Under the pieces are notes generated by a model. It was not told the DNA's origin. It saw nothing but the letters and a program-made list of their open reading frames with translations, and made no database searches. Positions 36,139-47,834 of a stretch of 64,000 nt of DNA are shown here, in pieces; position 1 is the first letter of the stretch, and each line of letters starts with the position of its first letter. The stretch comes from Azolla caroliniana (Eukaryota > Plantae > Polypodiophyta), in the NCBI GenBank assembly GCA_043228905.1, contig JBHGNT010000021.1:2418001-2482000 (forward strand). The letters are read 5' to 3'. A program made the translations under genes and the position numbers.

Positions 36139-38860
36139 AGATGTCGAGGTACTCCTCGCGGATGCGTGGAATGAGGCGGGACCTCGGGGGTCTTGTACCG
36201 AAGAGCAATAGGGAAAGGAGAAGGGAAGGGACCCACTACGTGCGAGCGTAGATCCACAGGGACACGGCCCTTCGACACGAAGACGCCAGCGGGGAAAACA
36301 ACACAGAGAGGCACAACGGTATGTAAGTATATATTAACAGAGACAAACAACAAAAGCACGAAGTCGGTTACAACCGAACAGGCCGGCGAACAGATGTCGA
36401 TGCCTATTCGCAAACGCTCAGAAAGGAAAGAGTAGGTTGGAGGTGCTGTCGGAAGCACTCGGGCATTCCTCAGAGCAGCGCGAGCCTCACAAAACCTGCA
36501 CAAAAAGAAGCTACGGAGAGTATGGAAGAGAGAGAAGCCTTCGACCGACAGCCCGACAGCACTTCGTCCTCTCTCTGATCCCGCCCTCTTCCTCGTCTCC
36601 CTCCTTTTATAGGCAAGAAGGGAGTCGTTTCCTATTAACTTCCTACCTACCGAATCTACCTACCTAGGATCTTCCATGTCCCTACTTCTCTCTTATGTAC
36701 AACATAAGGCGTACGTGCATGAAGAGCCGGTTCCTATGCTCCGGCGCACCGATTCCGCTCGTGGACGGTTTTCTTCACGACAACGCGTCGATGCCCGTAT
36801 TTTCCAGCCATGTTTGGTGTTGATCGGCCATTTCCCCTTTTTGTAGAAGTCCATGGACATCAAGTTGAATTATGAACCGTGGTCCACCAACGCCACCACC
36901 GGCTCCTGGACATCTCCGATCTTAACAGGGGTCTCCGTGGTCGTTCTGGCCCAGTGCGGCCTCGAATAGTGGCTCTCCGCCAACTCGTCTTCTAGCGCCA
37001 TGTCCTCTATGTGCGTCATTCGCACTTCCACCGGCTTCTCCGGCTCTGGCTCTGTCGACAGCCTCTTCCTCTTCACCAAGTCTACGATGGAGTCGTGGAA
37101 CTCCTTGGCGATCCCGAGCACTTCCCTCAGCGACAGCTCCACTTTGTTGTCGAGGATACGTTCCTCCAGGACCTTTCGCAGGTCTGTGGTCCTTTCAATT
37201 TCCGTGCTCAACCGGTACCCAGCCTTCTTGGCTTTATCCGGTGCGCCGGTCGCACCAGCCTCATTCTACCTTTGACCGAACCGGGTCTCGTACCATTGCA
37301 AGGGCCCGACCCCTCTGGTTTTACCTACTCGCTTGTCTTCCACCAAAGCCTCGTAGTTCTGGCATGCGACTTCAACGAAGCCCGTCTTCTCTTCGACCGG
37401 GTCACTCCACCCGGTTACCTCCCGGACCCGTTTTTCCGTGTGGTCCGCTTCTTCTTTCCTTAGTCGTGCACCGGCGAGGCCTTCCAGCATCAGCGGCCAG
37501 AATCCGGCTTCGTTCGTCTTCCGGGCCTCACCACCTCCAACCCGGATCCTAGCCGACACCAAGTAGTGGACGGTCTCCGTGTGGCGAGCCGCCGCTTCTT
37601 CCATTAGCCGTTTCATACCCCCTCGTCCGACATTCAAGTCCAGGGCCCTTCGGGTCTCGCTAGCATGAACCCGACCGTTCCATAGGTACACCATGTTGGC
37701 TCTCATTGCCTCGGCGAAGTCCTACCAGACGTGGCCGACCGCGTCGCACCACAAACACCGGTTTCCAGCCAGAGGCCTTCCGTCACGGGCCTATTTGCCG
37801 CCGTCCCTCCGTACCTGTGCAATCTGGAGGTCCTTTACCATCCTAGTTAGCTCCTCTAGAGTTGCTCCTCCGGACGAGCCTTTGACCATGCCGGTCGAAG
37901 TCGATCCGGTCTCGAGCCAGTCTCGGGTCTCTTCCCTTCGCGCTGGCGGGGTTGGCTCGAGTTTCCTTGCTGCTACAGAGCCCGCCCCTGTTGATCCTTT
38001 ATCGACCCACTCTCGCCGTTTGTCGAAACGGCCACAGACTCTCTTCACCCCGGCCCAATTGGCTGTCAGCCCGTCATCAATCTCCAGAAGGAGACCCACT
38101 TGCTCCCGATCCCTTGCATCCACCGACTTAACGAACAGCAGGATGCGACTTGTGTCTAGTACGATCCAGTCGAGCGCCGAAAGACGTGCAAAGCATTCTT
38201 CAAACTCCCGGAGGAGCACTGACGCGTTTCTCCCCTTTTTGGGGGTCTCTACCCATTCCATGAAGTCCCGCTTCGAGAGCCGAAGCGCGTCATCAAGCCC
38301 GTATTTTTCAAGGAGCCGACCTTCAAACTCTTCCCAAGTCTGGCTCTCAGCCTGTACCTCGAGCACCTCCGCATGGATGCCCAGCATCGCCACCCGAGGT
38401 AATCCGGTCAGTCGCCTTTCTTCCAGAATGTCTCTCATTACCATCTCGGCCCGGTAGGCCTCCAAATAACTCGTGGCGTCCTTCCCACTGAACCGTCCTA
38501 TCGTGCCGACGACCACTTCAATAGCCCTATCGAGGGCGCCTGCGCCTTCACGCGCACTCACTATCCGATCCACAGCCAAAGCCATGGCTTCCGCAAGATC
38601 CGACCCCCTCATCTTCCTATTCCTCTGCTGCCTGTTCACGTCGGGTTCACCTAATATGTCGCGTTGTTACGAGCGTGCGTGGAGAACGAGGCGGGACCAC
38701 CGGGGTCTTAGACCGAGAAATAGCTGAGAAGGAGGAGAACGGAAAGGCAACGGACGCACTTGCACACGCACAGACACGGGAGCACACAGGAATCACAGTC
38801 CAACAACACAGCAAAATGAGACGACTAGAAGTCCGAGTATATGAACACATATGTATATAA

Positions 38861-38898
<38 letters not shown>

Positions 38899-39803
38899 AC
38901 GGTTACAACTAACAAGCCGGCAAGGCGAACACCGCTGTGTGTTCACTCACACACAGAAGAGCGAGATGGAGACTCTGCCGGAAGCACACAGGCGTTCCAC
39001 TGAGCAAAGTCAACCTCCCGAAAACCTGCGCAAAAAAATGGCTATGGAGAGTGGCAGAGGAGAAGAGCTCGGTCCCAGTCCAGCAGCACTTCATCCTCTC
39101 TAGCGCGCAATACCTTTTTCATTCCTCTCCCTCTCTTTTATAGCCCAAGGAGGGAGGTCGTTATCATTCGTTACATCACATTAATTCTCTGTCCTTTCGG
39201 ACAGGGATACACCTCGATTCTCTCCCTATTGAATGCATGCTACCTAGGATTTCACCTCAGCCGACTTGTACCTACCTACTTACCATACAACAAAAAGTGT
39301 GATCGCGTGTAAAGGTCAGTTTACACACGCTAAACTCGATTTCCGCCTAGGGACGGTTTTCTTCACGACAACGGTTGTACCTATATTCTCCTCACACATG
39401 TACACCCTTGCACATGAGATCTATATATACCTCATTGATGGTATTTTTGTATCTGATGATGCTTTCTAATATAGTTACTCATCCCCCATCTTGTGTTGCA
39501 ACTTGCTCATAAGTGTAGTTCTCTCTCTCTCTTCCTCTCACACACATACACACACATATCACTTAATCTTCCGCTTAACTTAATCACATAATTAGGTACT
39601 AATTAACCCGTAGTTAATCACCTAATTCTTAACATGGTATCAGAGTGTGTGGTTTAGCCCATTCGACTCTTCATAATTGTGTGTTCGAAACGCCGACGAC
39701 GAATTCCGGCTATCCGCTACCGTAGTGCCATTACGTAGCACGAGTAAGTGATTGAGCGAAGGAAATCGAAAAAGGAAGACACTACATTAAAATTAACACA
39801 CAA

Positions 39804-42490
39804 ATGGGTAGCTCGCTCCCTAGTGAAAAGCTAGACCGGAGCAATTATTCATCTTGGGAGTACAAGATGACTCAATACCCTGTCGGCCAAGGGTATTGGA
39901 GCTACATCAACGGCGCTCAAGAAATTCGACCCGATTCAAAGAACGCCGACTACGCAATATGGGAGCAAGTGGCGAGTCGAGTCATGTATTGCTTGGCAAC
40001 ATGTGTCCACGACCACATGCTTAGCCACATTCGAGACGCTAAGACACCTAAAGAAGCGTGGGCGAACTTAAAGAAAATGTTCACCGCCAACACAACCGCC
40101 CGAAAGCTTCATCTCCAACAAGAGTTGAACAACATTCGGCAAAAAGACATGTCCGTGTCGGAGTACACCGACAAGATTAAGAGCATTTGCGACTCGCTTG
40201 GCTCCATCAACATAATCGTCGACGAAGACGAGATGGTTCGAGTATGCTTGGGCGGCCTCACACAACGATTCGACTCGTTGAGGACGGCAATCTTGGCAAT
40301 GGAAAACCCTCCTTCATTCTTCGACCTTCAATCAATGCTAATGGTTGAAGAGAACCACGTCCAAACCAAAACCAAGAGATCGGAAGGACAAATGTTCTTC
40401 TCGAATTCGGATGGTGGCCAGGAACGAAGTCGAGGCGGTAGAAGAGGTCAATTCGACCCATCGAACGAAGGGAACTCAAACCTTCGACAACAAGATGGAA
40501 GCCATCGAGGAACCTTCGGAAGAAGGGGGAGCTTCCATGTCGAAAAAGGTCAACAAACGTGACCCATAACTTGCAATTGTTGCGGCAAATTTGGTCACCG
40601 CAAAGAGGAGTGTCGGAAAAAGAGAAGTGAGTCGGCTTTGACAAGCCGACAACTCGCAAACTACGCCAACAACTCCGAATACGAAGACTACGGTGGTCTA
40701 TTCGTAACGAGACATAGAGCGAACTCTATGACCGTGTCCAACTCCGCAAGCACCTCCAATTCGGAACATGTGTGGTTCGTCGATTCCGGCGCCTCACATC
40801 ACATGACATCTCACGAAGAGTCGTTTAGTGATTTACGCACACCCCGTCGACCCGGCATCATAGAGACAAGTGATGACACCACACATCTGATTCGGCTCAT
40901 TGGCAACGACGGCCAAAACAATTGCATCAAGAATGTCTTGCATGTGCCCACAATAACGAAGAATTTGGTCTCGGTCGGCCAAATCGTGGAGCAAGGCATG
41001 TAAGTTCGTTTAAACAATGAAGGTTGTTTCATCGAGAAAGATGGCTGACTCATAGCCAAGGGACGGAGAAACGGTTGAATGTTCATCCTCGATTCAAACG
41101 AGGTGAAATCAGCCATGTATGCCAAAGGTCTCAAAACCAAAACAAACATCGAGTTGTGGCACAAAAGAATCTGCCACATAAACCTCCAACAACTTCGAGC
41201 GATGCAAACCAAGGGAGTCGTCATCGGACTTTCGACATTCAAGTCGAAACGAGTCGACCGTGTATGCGAAGCGTGTCAACTCAGCAAACAACATCAACTC
41301 CCATTCCCGAAGGAGAGCTACACGAGCAAAGGCCTCCTCGACATCATACATTCAGATGTATGGGGACCGGCTCAAACGCCGACGATCGGCAGATGCCGAT
41401 ACTACGTAACCTTCATCAACGACTACTCCCGCTACACGTGGATCTTTCCGATGAAGAAGAAGAGCGAAGTGGTCTCCCACTTCCAAAAGCTCAAGGGCCA
41501 AGTGGAGAAAGAAACTGGTCAGCACATTCGATGCCTACGATCGGACAGAAAAAAGGAGTACTTCTCCGATGAATTCACCTCCTACCTCCAAAGTGAAGGC
41601 ATTCGTAGAGAATTCTCGTGCCGACACACACCCCAACAAAATGGAGTAGCCGAAAGGAAGAATCAGCAAATACTCAAGGTAGCACGCGCCATGATGCATG
41701 AGAAGCACATGCCGAACTTCTATTGGGACGAAGCGGCATCCCCGGCTATCTATCTCATGAATCGATGCACCACCAACGGAGTGCGTGAGGTAACTCTATA
41801 TGAGCTCCTCGTCGGAAGGAAGCTGATCCTGTCACACCTCAAGGTGTTCGGAAGCATTGCGAATGTACGCATCCCGAACGAACAACAACAAAAGCCCAAC
41901 GTGAAGTCGGAGGAATGTATCCTCGTAGGATACTCATCCGAGAAGAAGGCATACAAGTGCCTCAACCCCTTGACCCGACCGGTTCGGATAAGTCAGGATG
42001 TAGACTTCGACGAATCGGCATCTTGGTATAAGCCCGATTCGGCTCCACCCAACCCGACTAAGGAAGAGTTGAACGTCAACTCGGAGGAAGGTATTCGGAC
42101 AAGTCCTCTACCAAAGGATAACCCAAGCCCACCCGAGCCTTCAAGCCTTCCAAGCACGTCACGGCTAAGTACGACCTTGGACAAAGGCAAAGGTAAGATG
42201 CCCGAATACGAAGTCGATCACCCCGACTACAGTGATTTGTATGTGTCGGCTCCCTCACTAGACAATGAATTTGGTGTACCCATCATGTAGACACCCGGAG
42301 TAAAGAAGACGCTCACATCGGCGAGCGAAAAACTTCGACGCTCTTCTAGAGAGAAGAATATCGTCACTTGGCTCGGCTACAACAAGTACATGGCCCATCA
42401 TTATGCCTTTGCAATGAAGGTAGCGGCCAAACAAGAGCCCGAGAGCTCTATGGAAGTGGCTCGTGACCCACGATGGGTGAAAGCAGTCGA
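39804..42490 (+). pseudogene. Copia gag-protease-integrase; RT/RNase H deleted
   Basis: NYSSWEYKM gag, CNCCGKFGHRKEEC, WFVDSGASHHM, LWHKRICH, HSDVWGP and PQQNGVAERKN. The EPES...DPRWVKAV motif that precedes RT is followed within about 160 bp by the PPT and LTR. Confidence 0.92.
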
Positions 42491-43084
42491 TCCAAGCCTT
42501 CGTCACAGGCTTGAGGGGGAGGAACCTAAACTGCCACGACATAGAAGCCGACACCGAAAGTCGCACAAAAGCCGACATTGAAAGCCGGACAACGACGAAA
42601 ACAAAACCGGATGTCGGACGCCTCACACTTGAGCTTGAGGGGGGGGGCGTGTTGAGAGATCAAGCTCAACTAGAGTTAGTTAGTTAGTCAACCATGTAAC
42701 TCCGTAGTTACCTAGATAGAATCTAGTTAGAAGTGTTGACTATAACGCCTTAAATAGGACCTTGTACTTAAGTAGGATATTCTAGATCCTCCACTCCCAA
42801 GGTCATTTAATATAGAACTTACACGGTTGTACCTATATTCTCCTCAAACATGTGCACCCTTGCATATCAGATCTATGTATACCTCATTGATGGTATTTTT
42901 GTGTCTGATGATGCTTTCTAATATAGTTACTCATCCCCCATCTTGTGTTGTAACTTGCTCATAAGTGTAGTTCTCTCTCTCTTCCTCTCACACACATACA
43001 CACACATATCACTTAATCTTCCGCTTAACTTAATCACATAGTTAGGTACTAATTAACCTTTATTTAATCACATAATTCTTAACA

Positions 43085-43354
43085 TGTACAATGTATTATG
43101 GAACCCATGATATTATATTACTTGTCATTGTTGCCATGGACAAATAAGGCTTTGCAATCTGTTTTGCAACCTCTTCGATATTTGTTGTGGAAGAAGAGGG
43201 ATAAGATGGGAATCACTTGGATTGCGTGGAATCATCTAGCAACCCCTAAGCGCTTGGGGGAGCTGGAATATTGAACTTATCTATGCATATGATGGCTCAT
43301 AGTGTTGTTGGGTGGGGGGTGAAGCCTTTCTCCCAAGGGGTATTACGTGTGAGG

Positions 43355-43394
<40 letters not shown>

Positions 43395-44933
43395 AAAAGG
43401 ACAAACACAAAATGAGAGGGAAAAATGTATATTTATTACATGCCCATGAGGGGTTTATATAATACATCCAATGTAACGATTACATGACCATTATAAATAA
43501 GACCGTTACGCATTCTTGTACACATGCACATAATTGTGCATGCGTCCATACACATACTCATCCTCACACACTCATTTACTTTACACATACACATCAACCA
43601 CATCATTACACCTACCCTTATGCCTCCCCGTATATTCTTACGAGTAACACGTAGATTTTTCATTATTACAAGACATGTGTTCAAACTCACAACCATGGAT
43701 ATCTATTGTTCAATATTTCATTGAGAACAAGGGTTTACCACATGGGAGGACAATGATTAAGGCTTCATTGTGGCAATTACTGAATGGATGTATTTCACTT
43801 AGGATTCCGGGCTCTTCATGTGTTCAACACTTGGTTACTTCATGGCAGGAAGCACTAGACTTGTTATGTGTATGGAAACCATCATCTAGTAGAGAGCATT
43901 GTAATTCTTTATAGAAAGAGTTACTTGTGTCTTCTCGGTTATTATGTTGGCCAGGAAAGGAGAGATTGTGCTCTCAATTTAATTGTTTGTTTCGTTTGGG
44001 GGTCAAAGAGGTGAGAGATATAGTTGAGGCTCCATCTCAAAGAATTTTGGAGTTTGTTGAAGCGCAACAATTATTACGCATCCCGCCTAATTATGGGTTT
44101 ATTTGGCAACAACTACAAAATATTGCATTGATGCAAGGTTCCTTACCTCTACAAACATGAGAACAATTGTGGATTGATTGGTGTTTACAGGGTCAAACGT
44201 CGTTGTTACAGGTGACTACTAATCTTTTGTATCATTGCTCTGTTGAGTCTCTTGAATGGCTATCATCTAAGGCTCACGAAGAATGGAAAATACACAAATT
44301 TGACCATGGGTGGGGGCAGATCTTACAACGTAGTTGGCATTCTAAATTGCCACTTGTAGCAAAGGTCTTCATTTGGAGAGTTTTGATTGGAGGATTGCCT
44401 TTGGGATTAGCTCTAAAGCGTCGTGGATTAGCAACGGGTAATTGCTTTTTTTGCACTGTTCAAATGGAAGATAGTACTCATCTCTTTATACAATGTATGA
44501 TTGCTTGTCAGATTTGGAGTTACATTTCTCATATTTGGCAAGTTTTATCACGGTGTTATTTGACACCTAGACAGTGGGTGTTTGCACAATTTACACACTG
44601 GATTGACCCAAAATCAGAGATAGAGATCATTTTTCTATTTCTGAGATATTGGGGATTGCGTCGTAATTGGAACATGCGCAACGCTTTTGTATTCGATGGT
44701 AGACATGGAGTGAAAGCATATCTACGAAAGTTGAAGGGAGTATTAATGTGGCAATTTTCTTTATTGGAACAAGTGGAAATTCTCTCCTCAGTGGAGTGTT
44801 CGTCTTGCCTATTGGAAATTCAACATGTTCCACTACCCATGTAGTGTAGTTAGTGGGTGACCATACTCCATTGTTACACCCATTGTAAGTAGTGTTTTTT
44901 ACACACATTTATTAATATAATTGTGTCTTTTCA

Positions 44934-44937
<4 letters not shown>
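43085..44937 (+). mobile_element. L1-clade LINE, 3' part (post-RT region and zinc-binding domain)
   Basis: Continues the element ending at 21287. TWIAWNHLATPKRLG, KVFIWRVLIGGLP, CFFC...EDSTHLFIQC and WNMRNAFVF. Ends at a (GA)n tract. Confidence 0.88.
43303..43649. mobile_element. Solo LTR (347 bp) inserted in the LINE
   Basis: TGTTG...TAACA ends and TSD CATAG/CGTAG. The LINE sequence rejoins across it. Confidence 0.8.
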
Positions 44938-45000
<63 letters not shown>

Positions 45001-45290
45001 TAGAGCAATGGTCAATAGTGTTTATGGATAGTCAACATCTACTATCAAGAGTGTCTGTGGATAGTCTTAGAGCCACAGTCAATAGTGTCTCTGTGTATAT
45101 AGACTTAGACCCACGGTCAATAGTGTCTCTGTGTATATAGACTTAGAGCCACAATCAATAATGTCCTCTGGATATAGACTTAGAGCCACAATCAATAGAG
45201 TCTCTGGATATATAGACTTAAAGCCATGGTTGATAGTGTCCTCTAGATATAGACTAGAGCTATAGTCAAGAGTGTCTCTCTCTAGATAGA
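44938..45290. repeat. (GA)~30 microsatellite followed by a degenerate ~33-bp minisatellite (TAGAGCCACAGTCAATAGTGTCTCTG...TAGACT)
   Basis: About 8 imperfect units visible from 45001. Confidence 0.8.
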
Positions 45291-46473
45291 TTGAGAGCGC
45301 AACAAGTTGCAACTAATTTTGAATTAGGTGTGTGAGTTGTTGGGAGGGGGGGTGTCTTGTGCTTGGGTCACTAGGTAGAGTCCTCGTGGCGATGTTGGTC
45401 ATATGAAGAGGAAGTCGCTCTAGACTTCATCCGTAAGCGTGCAGAACCAAACTCTATCCCTTGGTCCTCTAAAAGTGAGGGCAAAAAGACATCAACTCAG
45501 TTGAGAGTGGTTCATAAGCCTGCAAGATTTGTTTGAACGAGTTCTACATGGTCGTGATTGACTAGCAAGTGTTGCTAGCACCTCTTGAATGAGAGGTACA
45601 AGCTTACTTATGCATTGGAGACTTACGCTTTGTCCAAGGTTAAACACATTGACCATGAGGTTAGGGAGACCTCGAGGCCCCTAGAGGTGAGAAGGCAAAG
45701 ATTGCTAGGATGTTTTCCGTAGTGGTAAAGGAGGTGAGAGTGCAAAGACAACAAAGCAGTTTGCCTAGAACTCAAAAGCAACCACCATCGAGAGCAAGGT
45801 CATATCCCGAGGTAATGCATATGCATTCCATCCCAATAGGAGTAGGAGTGAGATCATCTAATGAATTGGGTGAAAAAATAATTGCATGAAATATGCGTCA
45901 GAACATGTTTATTCAATCCTCAGAGTTTTGGGTTATGGAGAGTAATTCCAACAACATATTGGGTAAAACAACAACCGTGTGGGTTGTCGCTTGAGAAACC
46001 CATGTGGTATAGGTTTATTAGTCCATACCATAATTAGAGAGATGCCAATATGGCAAAACCTATTGGTCTACACAAAGGTAAGATAAATGCCCATGTCCAA
46101 GTTGTGCACATAGTACAAACAATGATAGAAATGTGTGTGCTTCAAAAGAGTTAAAGTGTGTTGGCACATTTGCTTTAAATAATGGTCAAGAGATTTTCAA
46201 AAGCTTAAATGGCATACCTCAATTCAAGAAGAGTCATAATGTATGCCTATTCAAAGAAGAGGTTTGCTTGTGACATATAGTGATTTATGAATGCCAACCA
46301 TGTTAATATAGATCCTCACATCGGAAGGATGTCTCAATCAATGCATTGATGGGTTTCCTCTTGCATTCTCCTTAACCTACTAGGGTAATTTAAGAGGTGC
46401 AATAGTTGGTTTCACATAACATCCTCGTGTCATTTGGCACAAAGGATTAGATAAGAAGCACAACAATAGAGTA

Positions 46474-47188
46474 TACCTCTCGCTATGTACATCAAGCCCT
46501 CAAGCCATACATATACCTCCTTGAATCTAGCACAAATATCACTTTTGTCTAAACAGACATAAACTACATGGTAAAAAAAAATTGAGTGATCAACAATATG
46601 TTGAAGGCAAGCTACATTTTAAAGCAACTAAAGGCACATGTGTTATGCCATGTTACCTCTCGCTATGTACCTCAAGCCCTCAAGCCATATGGATACCTCC
46701 TTGAATCTAACACAAATGTCACTTTTGTCTAAACGGAGATAAACTACATGGTAAAAAAAAATTGAGTGATCAACAATATGTTGAAGGCGAGCTACATTTT
46801 AAAGCAACTAAAGGCACATGTGTTATGCCATGTTAACTCTCGCTATGTACCTCAAGCCATACGGATACCTCCTTGAATCTAACACAAATGTCACTTTTGT
46901 GTAAACGGAGATAAACTACATGGTAAAAAAAAATTGAGTGATCAACAATATATTGAAGGCGAGCTACATTTTAAAGCAACTAAAGGCACATGTGTTATGC
47001 CATGTTACCTCTCGCTATGTACCTCAAGCCCTCAAGCCATACGGATACCTCCTTGAATCTAACACAAATGTCACTTTTGTGTAAACGGAGATAAACTACA
47101 TGGTAAAAAAAAATTGAGTGATCAACAATATGTTGAAGGCGAGCTACATTTTAAAGCAACTAAAGGCACATGTGTTATGCCATGTTAC
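46474..47188. repeat. Tandem array of four ~180-bp units
   Basis: Units start at 46474, 46654, 46834 and 47006 with high identity. Confidence 0.95.
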
Positions 47189-47722
47189 ACTGAAACCCAC
47201 ACGCATCGCTAACAAACAATCATCTTTTCAATTCAAGCCTATTTTGGCATCCATCCCACTTCACTTATGTGGGGTTGTAACGTTTTAGCAAAACAAATTT
47301 TACTTAATATCGAAAAAAGTAAGGTAAAAAAGTCAAGAGTGCAAGAGGCCCTACCATCCCTAAAGTAATAACTTTAAATATATCCAAAGGAACAAAAATA
47401 AAATCACGTGATTGATATATGCTCTTTTATATAGTCTAGCCGCTAGCACCAACTTTAATTGATTGAGATTGATTGTCACGCCTTAATAATATACATCTAG
47501 ATCGAATCCTGGATATGCTTTTTGCAAATGTCATTCACATCCATCATGTTTGGATGAACTCAATTATCTTTTAGCAATGAGAGTCAATTCAATGTGTCCA
47601 TTTACGAAAAAGAACCATATTACATGTGGCAATTCAATGTGTCCAACACACAACTTTTGACTCACAATGTTAAGAAACATTATCATCGATAGAAATGATT
47701 ATTGATAGTGCATGATGAGCCT

Positions 47723-47834
47723 ACATATTCAACAATTCAAATCCAACTTCCAAAGTTCCTTATAAACTGGACTACTAAATGAATTTCCTTATAAATTGGA
47801 CCTTTGGAAGTTGGATTTGAATTGTTGAATGTGT
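47723..47834. repeat. 33-bp inverted repeat whose loop holds two 17-bp direct repeats
   Basis: Arms 47723-47755 and 47802-47834 match at 32/33 positions. TTCCTTATAAA(C/T)TGGAC occurs at 47756 and 47785. Confidence 0.85.

Larger units (their letters stand above)
25934..36782 (-). mobile_element. Ty3/gypsy element C (641-bp LTRs 25934-26574 and 36142-36782) inserted in the protease of B
   Basis: Near-identical LTRs. TSD ACGC (right) / ATGT (left, two C>T changes). Gag is split by A2; protease LVDHGSEINLMS, RT 28339-30007, integrase 26648-27964. Confidence 0.95.
21465..39370 (-). mobile_element. Ty3/gypsy element B (LTRs 21465-22159 and 38657-39370), decayed, with 4-bp TSD ACGG
   Basis: Paired LTRs each contain a (TA)n tract. 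Gag 37266-38639, protease LVDHGS (36870-37211, continuing at 25645-25933), RT PFLDDIPI (24027-25013), RH 23524-24020, integrase 22235-23386. PBS is Trp-type (TGG mutated to AGG); PPT AGGTGGGGGCGGA. Confidence 0.95.
21288..43084 (+). mobile_element. Ty1/copia LTR retrotransposon lacking RT/RNase H; 5' LTR (21288-21464 + 39371-39634) split by gypsy B; 3' LTR 42650-43084
   Basis: The two LTRs match once B is removed. PBS TGGTATCAGAG (tRNA-iMet) at 39635 and PPT GAGGGGGGGGGCG before 42650. TSD TTTAC/TGTAC has one mismatch. The LINE sequence resumes at 43085. Confidence 0.93.

Noticed and set aside
45001-45290. CRISPR-like periodic array
   Set aside because: The units are contiguous degenerate repeats without unique spacers, there are no cas genes, and the context is eukaryotic.
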